Below, piece by piece: positions 52,412 through 62,255 of a DNA stretch of 64,000 nucleotides. This stretch comes from Agathobacter sp. Lineage in GTDB: Bacteria > Bacillota > Clostridia > Lachnospirales > Lachnospiraceae. Below the pieces are notes generated by a model. That model was not told the origin of the DNA. It saw only the letters and a list, made by a program, of their open reading frames with translations, and made no database searches. Every line of letters starts with the position of its first letter. Position 1 is the first letter of the stretch. The position numbers and the translations under genes are program-made. The stretch is from positions 17,071 through 81,070 of the forward strand of contig JBJENM010000162.1 of the NCBI GenBank assembly GCA_051880175.1, in the 5' to 3' direction.

Positions 52412-54172
52412 TTATGACTCAATTTTGTGTTCCGGTATATATTTTTTTAGCATCTTTTCCAGCAGCTCCGGTTTTACCGGTTTTGAAATGTAATCTGAAA
52501 ATCCTACCTCTAAATATTCTGCCTCCACACCATTGATTGCATTTGCCGTAAGCATAATAACCGGAGTATCCTTGTTTAACTCACTTTCCTCCCTGATCCG
52601 ATAAAAAGCCTCGATGCCATCCATCTCAGGCATCATGTGATCCATCAAAATGACATCATACTGTTTCTGCTTTGAAAGCCCCAATGCTGCTTCCCCGCTT
52701 AATGCAGTCTCGACCTGTATCTGTGTTTTTTTCAAAAGTCCCTGGATTACCAGCAGATTCATCTGCATATCATCCACCACCAGCACCCGTGCCGTTGGCG
52801 CATGAAACTCTTCCTTGTATTCCTTTGTCTTCTTTACCGCTGATTTTTGGAAGCTTCCCATCGGCTCCGGGTTGATCACACGCTGCGGAATGGTAATTGT
52901 AAAGGTCGTTCCCTTCCCAATCTCACTCTTTACCTCAATCTTACCATTCATCAACTCGACTAAGCTTCTTGTAATAGCAAGACCTAAGCCGGTTCCCTCA
53001 ATGGTACGGTTCTTGGTAATGTCCAGTCTCTGGAAAGAATCAAACATCTTCTCCATATTTTCCTTCGAAATACCTACTCCCGTATCCGTTACCATGATAA
53101 AAAGCTCGATATTTTCAGCGTCAATTCTCTCGAAGTCAATCACGAGATTTATGTATCCGTTCTCCGTATACTTTACGGAATTCGTAAGCAGGTTGGTGAT
53201 AACCTGGCGGATTCTCTGCTCGTCTCCATAAAGCGTTTTCGGAATATTCTGATGATTCTTAATATGAAATTCCAGCCCTTTTTCTTTTGCCCGAAGATAA
53301 ACCATATTGTAGCTGCTGCGGATCACCGACATCACATCATATTCATTGCAGACAATTTCCATGTTCCCTGACTCAATTTTGGAAAAATCCAGAATGTCAT
53401 TGATCAGGGAAAGAAGTGCGCCTCCCGCTTCTTCAATATTTGCAGCGTACTCTTTGATTTCCTCAAGATTATCGGTACGCTTAATCATTTCATTCATTCC
53501 GAGGACTGCGTTAATGGGACTTCGGATTTCATGGGACATATTCGCAAGAAAAGCCTTTTGATAGCTGTTTGCACGTTCTAACTCTTTTTGATTTTCTTCG
53601 AGCTTACGCTGTTCTTCTTTATAGATATTTTTCTGTATGACAACCGTAGTACACATCGCAATGGTCACAATAACCACACTGCCGCAAATACTGATGTACG
53701 CCTGCCTCGGTTGTGAAAATTCTTTGATCAGATCCGGATAATAATAGCTAATCGCATAACATCCCAAATCTATGACAGTTGCAATTCCAATGGCTATCCC
53801 TGCTATTTTTCCATGAAGTGCCAGGGTGATGAAAAACAGTTCATACACAAACCATACGTTTACACCACTATTTATGCCCCCTGCCGTAACCCAGACCATA
53901 GGGATTGCAAAAATGATAAAGGCTACCATAACAATCCTGCCTGCTACACCCCTTTCCTTTTTTTGAGAAATAATCATAACTAAAGGTGTAACAATTACAA
54001 TGATTGCAACTGCAGAAATTCCGGACATCGTAACATTCGCTCCGAAACATATCAGTAGTCCCAAAAAAGCGGCTACACATCCCATAGACATGAACATCGT
54101 TCCGATTCGCTGCTCAATATCCACAGAATGATCATATAGCATTTCTCTTAGTCTAGCCCAAAGATTTTTCAT
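52412..54172 (-). CDS. Hybrid membrane histidine kinase with receiver domain
   Basis: About six TM helices; FLANMSHEIRSP; EGTGLGLAI; VLVVDD..LMDHMMP..ISKP. Confidence 0.93.
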   Translation of the reverse strand: MKNLWARLREMLYDHSVDIEQRIGTMFMSMGCVAAFLGLLICFGANVTMSGISAVAIIVIVTPLVMIISQKKERGVAGRIVMVAFIIFAIPMVWVTAGGINSGVNVWFVYELFFITLALHGKIAGIAIGIATVIDLGCYAISYYYPDLIKEFSQPRQAYISICGSVVIVTIAMCTTVVIQKNIYKEEQRKLEENQKELERANSYQKAFLANMSHEIRSPINAVLGMNEMIKRTDNLEEIKEYAANIEEAGGALLSLINDILDFSKIESGNMEIVCNEYDVMSVIRSSYNMVYLRAKEKGLEFHIKNHQNIPKTLYGDEQRIRQVITNLLTNSVKYTENGYINLVIDFERIDAENIELFIMVTDTGVGISKENMEKMFDSFQRLDITKNRTIEGTGLGLAITRSLVELMNGKIEVKSEIGKGTTFTITIPQRVINPEPMGSFQKSAVKKTKEYKEEFHAPTARVLVVDDMQMNLLVIQGLLKKTQIQVETALSGEAALGLSKQKQYDVILMDHMMPEMDGIEAFYRIREESELNKDTPVIMLTANAINGVEAEYLEVGFSDYISKPVKPELLEKMLKKYIPEHKIES

Positions 54173-54338
54173 GCAATAAGCCTCCTAGCTTTTTTCATTA
54201 TAGCAAACCAAAGAGCTTCAAACAATTTATTTTTTGGTCCTACTATTTTTTCTTATTCTGGGGATATCTTTTATAACCAGATTTGTGATATGATAACAAA
54301 ATAACGTAAAAAAGTATCGTTAAGAGGTTTTATCCGAT

Positions 54339-55178
54339 ATGAAATCAAATAACTCTCACAATCATCAAAAAAAGATTGCACTCATCAATGATTTTAGCGG
54401 ATTTGGGAGATGTTCTATTGCAGTTGAGCTGCCAATCATCTCAAAGTTGAAGGTGCAATGCTGTCCTCTTCCGACTTCCATTTTTTCCAACCACACAGGC
54501 TTTCCAAGTCATTTTATGGAAGACTTTACCCCCAACATGGAAGACTTTATTGCAGAATGGAAGAAGCTCAATCTGACTTTTTCCGGTATCAGCACGGGAT
54601 TCTTAGGCTCTGCTGATCAGATTCGTATCGTCAGCAATTTTATTTCCGACTTTCGGACAAAGGATACCGTCGTTGTTGTAGATCCGGTTATGGGGGACTA
54701 TGGAAAGCCCTATCCCACCTACACAGAGGATATGTGCAGACGCATGAAGGAACTCGTAAAATATGCAGACATCATTACTCCGAATTTGACGGAGGCCTGT
54801 ATCCTTACCGATACCCCGTATAAGGAACAGGTAAAAACTTCAGAAATTTTAGAGCTTGTAAAAAAGCTTTCCGACCTTGGTCCTTCCAAAATCGTTATCA
54901 CGGGAATTCCGCAAAAAAGCTATATCTGCAATTTCTGCTATGAGGAGGGAAAAGAACCTGCTTTCGTGAAAACCCATAAGATCGGACAGTCCCGTTCCGG
55001 AACCGGAGATATTTTTGCGGCCATCATCTCTGCGGATGCTGTAAATGGCATACCTTTTTATGATTCCGTAAAAAAAGCGTCTCTGTTTATCAAGAAGTGT
55101 ATTCTAAGTTCTATTGAACTGGATATTCCCCTTACAGACGGGGTATGCTTTGAAGAGGTTTTGGATAAATTGAAGTAA
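54339..55178 (+). CDS. pdxK: Pyridoxamine/pyridoxal kinase
   Basis: DFSGFGRCS, SNHTG, VDPVMGD, ITPNLTEA, GTGDIFA motifs. Confidence 0.88.
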   Translation: MKSNNSHNHQKKIALINDFSGFGRCSIAVELPIISKLKVQCCPLPTSIFSNHTGFPSHFMEDFTPNMEDFIAEWKKLNLTFSGISTGFLGSADQIRIVSNFISDFRTKDTVVVVDPVMGDYGKPYPTYTEDMCRRMKELVKYADIITPNLTEACILTDTPYKEQVKTSEILELVKKLSDLGPSKIVITGIPQKSYICNFCYEEGKEPAFVKTHKIGQSRSGTGDIFAAIISADAVNGIPFYDSVKKASLFIKKCILSSIELDIPLTDGVCFEEVLDKLK

Positions 55179-55245
55179 CTACCATTTTTGATTTAGATTC
55201 CAAATTCAGAGAAAAAAATTATTATACATAAAAAGGAGATTTTCC

Positions 55246-55860
55246 ATGAAAAAAGAAATGACCATTGTATATAAAGTACATAACAATTTGTATGTAAATC
55301 TGACCAACCGCTGTTCCTGTGCCTGCACCTTCTGCTTAAGGCAGACCAGAGATCACATGGAGGATTCCAATTCCCTCTGGCTTTCCCATGAGCCATCCTT
55401 TGAGGAAGTAAAAGAGGCATTTAAAGCCTTTGATGTAGCTTCCTATGATGAAATCGTCTTCTGCGGATTCGGAGAACCTACCGAGCGCTTTGATCTGATT
55501 CTTGAAGTATCCAAATATTTAAAGGAAACCTATCACAAGCCAATCCGCATCAATACCAATGGTCAGGGCGATTTGATCAACAAGCGCTCCATTGCCCCAA
55601 AGATGCAGGGACTTATCGATACCGTATCCATCAGCTTAAATACTCCGGATGCTGCAAAATATCACGAGCTTGTCCGCAGCGAATTTGGTGAAAAAGCCTT
55701 TGATGCAATGCTTACCTTCGCTAAGGAAGCCCGAAAGTATGTACCAAACGTGGTTCTTACCACCGTTGCAACCACTCTGACACCGGAGGAGGAAGCCGCA
55801 TGTCAAAAAATCTGTGATAATCTTGGTGTTACCTATAGAATACGCCCGTGGGAAGACTAA
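55246..55860 (+). CDS. Radical SAM protein (TatD-associated / TIGR04100-like)
   Basis: LYVNLTNRCSCACTFC, VFCGFGEPT, RINTNG motifs. Confidence 0.85.
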   Translation: MKKEMTIVYKVHNNLYVNLTNRCSCACTFCLRQTRDHMEDSNSLWLSHEPSFEEVKEAFKAFDVASYDEIVFCGFGEPTERFDLILEVSKYLKETYHKPIRINTNGQGDLINKRSIAPKMQGLIDTVSISLNTPDAAKYHELVRSEFGEKAFDAMLTFAKEARKYVPNVVLTTVATTLTPEEEAACQKICDNLGVTYRIRPWED

Positions 55861-55900
55861 TCCCACAGGCGTTTATTATTTCGATTACTTTATGGAATTC

Positions 55901-56272
55901 CTACTGAAGGTCTGATAAATTGATTCTATCATATGCCCCATTTTTCGCAGCTTCCGGATGAGGTTCCAGACCTATTATGGTAATCTCATTTTGATTTGGT
56001 CCATATACCCAATACATCCTTCTAGCTCCGCTTTTTTTGTTTTCCAAATAGGACTGCCACACTTTCATTCCATATCTTTTTGATAACGGCTCGATCTCAT
56101 GTGTATTTAGGCTTGGATATTGTGGATCACTCGATAATTTTTTGAGTGCATTTCCCCATTTCTTATATAATTCTTTGTCTTTCTTGCTTATTACACCACT
56201 ATGGTAGCTTTCCTGTAAATTATTCCACAGCATTTCCATCTCTGGAATCCCCATTCGTATGTTAAATGACAC
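55901..56272 (-). CDS. RelE/ParE-like toxin
   Basis: L..DPQYPSLNTH, ARRMYWVY, ITIIGLEPHP; directly downstream of a small antitoxin-like gene. Confidence 0.65.
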   Translation of the reverse strand: MSFNIRMGIPEMEMLWNNLQESYHSGVISKKDKELYKKWGNALKKLSSDPQYPSLNTHEIEPLSKRYGMKVWQSYLENKKSGARRMYWVYGPNQNEITIIGLEPHPEAAKNGAYDRINLSDLQ

Positions 56273-56284
56273 AGTAATCCTCCA

Positions 56285-56524
56285 CTAGAAATCGGATAAA
56301 TCGATTGCAGGAGATGCTTCCCCTAATTTAAAATTGCTAATTGCTCTATCCATATCATCTAAGGTTCGAGCTGAAATGCTATCCGGAACAGTTAATTCCC
56401 TCGGCTCAAGTATAATACATCCATTATCATATTCCTTAACATTGTAATATTGATACATTGCGCCTCTGAGCGTAACTCTTTTTTTATTATCAATATGAAC
56501 TGTGTAATCTTTTACTGCTGTCAT
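56285..56524 (-). CDS. AbrB-like antitoxin
   Basis: HIDNKKRVTL..NGCIILEP swapped-hairpin pattern; acidic tail; RBS GGAGG. Confidence 0.62.
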   Translation of the reverse strand: MTAVKDYTVHIDNKKRVTLRGAMYQYYNVKEYDNGCIILEPRELTVPDSISARTLDDMDRAISNFKLGEASPAIDLSDF

Positions 56525-56674
56525 GATTCTTTCCTCCATAGCGTCAGGTGGGATATCCTACTTAATATTATAGTATACACTCTAATAGAATCTGTCAATA
56601 AAAAAGAATTATTCATTTGTTTAGGGCAAACCTTATTTCAAGACAGCCGGCTTTCAAAATAGTGTTATGAAATA

Positions 56675-57352
56675 TTATCTTCTCCAAAATGGCTTCTTTT
56701 CCGGTTCAACGTAGACCGTATTCTCTCTATATCGCTCAATAAAGTTCGGATCAAACTTCTCCAGCTCTTCTTTTACCCAAGTGTTCAATGTGTAGGAGCC
56801 AGTTCCCATTTCAAACCAATTGATAATATCCCAAAAAATTGTTGATATTACTAAAAGTTCGATAGGTACGTCTTCCTTTGTATAAAACGTGTAAGTCGTT
56901 TTTACTCCATACTTTTTATGTAGCATAATCTCTGCAACAAGCTCTTCATTCCGATAAATGCATAGATATATCCCACCTTTGTGGCCAAACCCTACCTGAT
57001 ACTGTGAATACACATTTCCGTCTTCCCAGTAAACTTCTGTGATTCCAATGCCATCAAAAAGATGTTTCCCTCTTTTAATACATTGATAAATCATTCTGTC
57101 AGCTTGTCCATCTGACATAATTGTCGCAGCTTCACCCTTGAATGTAATATTATCTTCTGTAAACTTCTTTTCGTATACATTTTTCACGCTAAGAAAATAA
57201 TTCTTTGAAAATCCTTCTAATGAAAAACCCCCACTATGATCGCTATCAAGTCCTTTTCGTGGATACGCTTTTCCCAGTAGCTGACCACCTCTTGTTAGCT
57301 GATATTCATATTCCCCCGCCCCAACAAGCACTCGCTCAAACAAATACTCCAT
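56675..57352 (-). CDS. Hypothetical protein, AT-rich
   Basis: 225-aa ORF with RBS AGGAGG; no recognised family. Confidence 0.75.
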   Translation of the reverse strand: MEYLFERVLVGAGEYEYQLTRGGQLLGKAYPRKGLDSDHSGGFSLEGFSKNYFLSVKNVYEKKFTEDNITFKGEAATIMSDGQADRMIYQCIKRGKHLFDGIGITEVYWEDGNVYSQYQVGFGHKGGIYLCIYRNEELVAEIMLHKKYGVKTTYTFYTKEDVPIELLVISTIFWDIINWFEMGTGSYTLNTWVKEELEKFDPNFIERYRENTVYVEPEKKPFWRR

Positions 57353-57432
57353 ATTCTTAATCCTCCTAAATTTAATCTTCTTCCACCATCATCTTTTGTG
57401 TGCAGTTCCACAATACCTCATGGAAGAGAGAG

Positions 57433-57696
57433 CCACATATAATTCAACCATTTCTTCACTATTTATCTGTATTTTTTTGTCCAGACACAGCCTATAAAAG
57501 TGGCAGCTTACATATAAGGCAATCAGTTTTTCTTTATTTATCTGTAGTTTCCGGTCAAATCGCAGTTTTAAAGAGCAACAAATTACATATAAGTCTAACG
57601 CATTTCTCTCCTTTATCTGTAATTCATATCCCAAATGCACTTTCCAAAGGCAGAATCCTACGTATAAGTTCTCAAATATTGCTCCCTTATCTGTAA
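57433..57696. repeat. Array 2: four 75-bp-period units, inverted relative to array 1
   Basis: Left boxes at 57433, 57508, 57583, 57658; right boxes TTATCTGTA at 57463, 57538, 57613, 57687. Confidence 0.9.
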
Positions 57697-57762
57697 AACG
57701 AATACTTTGACCGATACATTCCACAAAGCAGACTGTCTTCCCCCTCTAAACTACAAACTGTT

Positions 57763-60700
57763 CTAATCAATATTGTACTGTATTTTTTCCAACTCACTTA
57801 ATTCTTCGAAGGGATACTGCTCCTTCGCATCCTCAAGAAGCATTTCCAGTGTCATGTACGGGAATCGGTAAAGCTTGGAATAGTAATTTACATATACAGT
57901 TTCATGCTTTGGCATATAGGCGATTCCATTTTCCACAACCTCCATCAACCCGTAATCCGCTGCATTTAAAATCAATAGATTGTCATATACATCAAGGGCA
58001 ATGGTGTTGTATTCCTCATATCGCTTGATATCTACTACCGTCGGATATTTTTCCTTTGAAATATGCGCAAATTTTTCATTCTCCAAATCAAAGATACGGA
58101 AATAGCCGTCATCTCCCTGAAGCGCAAGCCTCGTATCATTTTCTATGAACCGGATAAAGCAGTCCTGATAGCTGTTGAAGGTAATTTCGTGCAGAACGGT
58201 ATAATCTGTCGTATCCAGTATCCGAAGAGTCTGATCCATACAGCAGATTGCAAGCATGGAGCCATCCTCTGATACCGCAAGGGTCTGATCCGACAGCATG
58301 GATATCTGATACTCATCACACACCGTTTCCTTTTGTCCTGTGGTAAGGTCAAACATGTCCACCCCGCCATCCGAATTTACCGCATACGCATGGTCATAGT
58401 CCTTTGCAAAAGTCCAGGATGTCGTATAGGCGACCTCCTTGTTGGTACTGTATAAAATCTGCTGTCCCGGCAAATCTACGACTACCAACCGGTGCTCTCC
58501 GTTATCCTCGCAGAAAAGCACCTTGCTATTATCTGTAGATAACACCACCTCCAGATTTTTTGCATCTTCCATGGCGCAAAACTCTGTCGCAGTCCCAGCT
58601 TCAAGATCCATAAAAGTAATGATTCCATCATTCTGCACACATGCAAAATGACTGTCATCGATAAATACCGGCTGGCATTTGTAATATTCCGTATCACATT
58701 CCCAGTCTAAGAGGAGTTCATCCGAATCGGTCTTATAGAGAAGATATTCGACGGAATTACTAAGATAGTTTGGAGCTACAACATAATAGGTTTCTTCCGG
58801 GGAAGTGTACATATCACTAATTGTTTTCCCGTAATCCTCCAGCAGCTTTAGACCTTTTCCCTCATGATACTTATAGACATAAAGCTGTGTATCTGCCAGA
58901 GAACGAATGGTCACGACGCCTCTCTGTACTTTCATCTGGGAAATGTGAACCCCCAGATCATAGGTGCTTCCATACTGACTCGTTCCCTTGGTAAGATTAT
59001 AGATTTCCAATTGCCCATCTGCCTCTCCGAAGAAGCAAAAGCCTGAGCTTTGGGCAACAAGTACTTCATTGACACTTGAGCTTGCCGTTTTTTCTGCGAT
59101 AAGCTCGCCGGTATAGATATCAAAGGCATTTATGGTCTGTCCACCCGTTACAATCAGACTGCTTTCCATTTCTCCTGTTACTTCGCTCTCATAGGTATGG
59201 GCATTCATTTTCACCGAAGAACTTGCCTGATTCTTAAAATCATTTGCCCATGCGCAAAGTCCATCCTCCAATCGATACATTTCCACATGGCTGTAGTTCA
59301 TATCATATTCCATATAAAAATCATCATAGTTGTAGGCCCGTGCGGCAACTGCAACCATCTGTCCATCCGGTGCAAAACGGATATCCTGAATATAATTATA
59401 GTCAGAAACAATTACCTGCTTTTCCTTCGTTTCCCGGTCATAGACCGTAACATAGCCATGGGTATCCCCCAACTCGTCGGTTCCGATGCCAGTATTCAAA
59501 TGACCTAGTGCCACCTTACTTCCATCCATGGAAACCGCCACATTGCTGGTAAATGAAAAAACGATTTCATTTGTGATTTCATCCGTAATGCTTCCGTCCT
59601 TCAAATCCACAACATCTGCCCATTTTCCGCCATATACCAGGGCGATTCCGTTTGCTTCATCGATCTTGCAGTAGGAAACATAACTCATATCCACCTTCCA
59701 GACCAGTTCTCCGTTTTCATCTACGGAACGAATTGAATTACTATCACACACAATCGCATTTCCTTCGTACATTCCCACGGAAACAACGTTCTGTTTTGAG
59801 CCATAGCTGTCCTGTTGTACCGGAATGGTCAAAAGAAGGGACAACTCTTCTGCGTCCCACACATAAACCAGATCCGCAGAATCTACGGAAATAATTCTTG
59901 TAGTGTCATCGCTCATGGCAAAATCCTTTACATTCAGATTGTGGCGAATTAAACCATCCAATCCGATTACATTTCCGGTATCATATGCATTCAATGCCTG
60001 AGAGAGCGCATACTGGGCCTCTGCTACATAGGGTCTGTCATTTTCCTCGGAAGGAAGGGCAGAAAGAGCGATCAGTACAGCTGCACGGCGGTCTCCCTCC
60101 TCCAACACAGAAAGCGAGGTATCTGCCAGATACTTCGATTGGTTTTCCAGTTTTCCTTCGTAATTCTGCTGAATCAGCTTTGCATTATATGCACTGTATG
60201 CACCAAAGGTAATACCAAGGGCTGCCGCTGCGACTGCTGCAGAAGAGACAATGGCCGCAATTTTCTTCATCCGGCGCTCTCTGTGGCGCTGTCTTAAATC
60301 ATCAAAACTGCAGCCCAAAATCGGAGCAGCAAGACGCAGAAGCTCCATTTTCATTTTCTTATTTATTTCTTTTTTGCTTGTGCCCCGGACATCTGCCGCC
60401 AGAGGCTCTACCTTTCTGCCATTCTCATCCACGAGAAGCTGCTGTGGAAAAGATTCGTTCGGCTCCCCTTCTATCAAAATAGCAAGCACACGTTCCCTTC
60501 CATGCATGGAAATAAAGGTAGAAATCTCCGTCTGCACCCAATAGGACTGTGGTGTTCTCGGAGAACAGATGACCAGCAGATATTCCGCCTCCTGCAATGC
60601 GCCTGAAATATTGTCTCCGAGATCACTTCCGATGGGAAGCTCCTCCTGATCCCGGAATACTCTCTGGATTTTCTTTTTTCCGGTCTTTTTTGCAACCGAC

Positions 60701-60798
60701 CGGGGAACCTTGAAGGTTTCCAGTCCTTTATGTATTTTCTTTGCAATATACATATCCAGCTCAGAATGCCTGTAACTGATAAATGCATCATATCTCAT
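57763..60798 (-). CDS. TIR domain - TM helix - WD40-like beta-propeller protein
   Basis: YDAFISYRH, VFRD, LLVICSP..SYWVQTEI; hydrophobic helix after RQRHRERRMKK; repeats such as SMDGSKVAL, FAPDGQMV, SEDGSMLAI. Confidence 0.85.
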   Translation of the reverse strand: MRYDAFISYRHSELDMYIAKKIHKGLETFKVPRSVAKKTGKKKIQRVFRDQEELPIGSDLGDNISGALQEAEYLLVICSPRTPQSYWVQTEISTFISMHGRERVLAILIEGEPNESFPQQLLVDENGRKVEPLAADVRGTSKKEINKKMKMELLRLAAPILGCSFDDLRQRHRERRMKKIAAIVSSAAVAAAALGITFGAYSAYNAKLIQQNYEGKLENQSKYLADTSLSVLEEGDRRAAVLIALSALPSEENDRPYVAEAQYALSQALNAYDTGNVIGLDGLIRHNLNVKDFAMSDDTTRIISVDSADLVYVWDAEELSLLLTIPVQQDSYGSKQNVVSVGMYEGNAIVCDSNSIRSVDENGELVWKVDMSYVSYCKIDEANGIALVYGGKWADVVDLKDGSITDEITNEIVFSFTSNVAVSMDGSKVALGHLNTGIGTDELGDTHGYVTVYDRETKEKQVIVSDYNYIQDIRFAPDGQMVAVAARAYNYDDFYMEYDMNYSHVEMYRLEDGLCAWANDFKNQASSSVKMNAHTYESEVTGEMESSLIVTGGQTINAFDIYTGELIAEKTASSSVNEVLVAQSSGFCFFGEADGQLEIYNLTKGTSQYGSTYDLGVHISQMKVQRGVVTIRSLADTQLYVYKYHEGKGLKLLEDYGKTISDMYTSPEETYYVVAPNYLSNSVEYLLYKTDSDELLLDWECDTEYYKCQPVFIDDSHFACVQNDGIITFMDLEAGTATEFCAMEDAKNLEVVLSTDNSKVLFCEDNGEHRLVVVDLPGQQILYSTNKEVAYTTSWTFAKDYDHAYAVNSDGGVDMFDLTTGQKETVCDEYQISMLSDQTLAVSEDGSMLAICCMDQTLRILDTTDYTVLHEITFNSYQDCFIRFIENDTRLALQGDDGYFRIFDLENEKFAHISKEKYPTVVDIKRYEEYNTIALDVYDNLLILNAADYGLMEVVENGIAYMPKHETVYVNYYSKLYRFPYMTLEMLLEDAKEQYPFEELSELEKIQYNID

Positions 60799-60986
60799 AA
60801 CAAATTTATCCTCCGTATTGCAAAAGGGTTATTTTTCCCGTTGTTACAACAAAACTGTATCATTGCCCCAAACATATTTCAACAAAAAAATAGACAGCCA
60901 TTACTCTGACTGCCTACCCGAAAATACCTTCTGGATACAAGATGCCTATATATTCATCACACTACCAAACGGTAATAAGTTCCTTA

Positions 60987-61487
60987 TCATAATTTGTCTC
61001 CTTTAACACTAATTTTTACTGTTTCACCAATCCGACAATCTTCATATTCCTCTCTTTCAAGGTAGAATATGCTGACATAGTCATTTTCTATAACCCGACC
61101 TCGTACAGGATAAAATGTTGATACATTTGTTCCTGGCGAAAGTGTCTGCACAATAATATTCTCAGTTTCAAATTTTTCTTCCACCAATACCTCAAAATAA
61201 TATTTGCGCCTAACAGCTTTTATATCCGTTCTATCAATATCTTCATATAGGACAATCAGAAAAATCATAAACACTATTACAATATATGAAGGATATGCTA
61301 CCGATTTTACAAATATTGCTAAGAGTATTGCAGTAACCAAAATCAATAAAAATATACTACGTCTTTTATTTTGTTTTTTCTTATATTGCATCTCTTTCGT
61401 TTTTAATTCCTTCGCAGTATACTTCTTAATATAAAGATTTTTCTTATCCTCTTCTGTAAAATATACTTCTTCACCTTCACGTATCAT
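60987..61487 (-). CDS. Hypothetical two-TM membrane protein, AT-rich
   Basis: 166-aa ORF with two hydrophobic helices and a beta-rich C-terminus; start uncertain. Confidence 0.65.
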   Translation of the reverse strand: MIREGEEVYFTEEDKKNLYIKKYTAKELKTKEMQYKKKQNKRRSIFLLILVTAILLAIFVKSVAYPSYIVIVFMIFLIVLYEDIDRTDIKAVRRKYYFEVLVEEKFETENIIVQTLSPGTNVSTFYPVRGRVIENDYVSIFYLEREEYEDCRIGETVKISVKGDKL

Positions 61488-61578
61488 ATACTTACCATGC
61501 TTCAGAATATTGCAAACTTGAAATTCTACAATTTATTTGACTTGCATAACTACAAACTGTTGCTGCATCTAGTTTCAT
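61463..61578. repeat. ~115-bp direct repeat, copy 1
   Basis: CACCTTCAC..ACCATGCT.CAGAATATTGCAA..TGAAATTCT..TGCATAACTA..TTGCTGCAT, shared with 62141-62255. Confidence 0.85.
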
Positions 61579-62083
61579 GTTTCTTCTCCCCTTTGAAATA
61601 TCTTAGATAATTCTTCATCTAATTGGTATTTCTTTGTATTATATATATGGTATATTTCATCAGAATTTCCTATATATACGACATAGCACTCGTCTCCAAC
61701 TTTTAATAATTTTTCATATTTTTGAAGAACCATCGTATAACTTCCATCCCAAAATTTAATTCTACAATTATTATCAAACATTGCATTATTTAAGATTTCA
61801 ATACGTGCCACCTTTTTTATTACAATTTTCATATTGCCTACTTTAATATTATGAATCAACTTACTCATAGACAAAATTTTTCTAATTCCCCAGAAAACTG
61901 CAATAAACCAAACCGCAACTACTATAAGTACAAACTCCATTACACCCCCAATCATCTGAAAATTTGTTTGTCTCCATGCAACTAAAATAAAAAAATACCT
62001 ACAATTGTAAATATATATCCAACTGCTAAATTAAAATAACACTGGCCTTCTGCCAAAAGAGTTTTCTTTGATATTTGTTGCAT
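61575..62083 (-). pseudogene. Two-TM membrane protein frameshifted in a T-run
   Basis: RBS GGAGG + ATG at 62083 (MQQISKK..) reaches TAG after a T-tract; one extra T joins it to ORF 61575-61955. Confidence 0.7.
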
Positions 62084-62140
62084 TTTAATCCTCCAAAAGA
62101 ATATCCAATTCAACATTTTCTATTTCACCGAACTCTATGT

Positions 62141-62255
62141 ATACCTTGCACCTTCACATACCATATAGTCACCATGCTCCAGAATATTGCAATTCTGAAA
62201 TTCTGCAACTGATTTGATCTGCATAACTATATACTTTTGCTGCATGTAGTGCCAT
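62141..62255. repeat. ~115-bp direct repeat, copy 2
   Basis: Aligns with 61463-61578. Confidence 0.85.
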
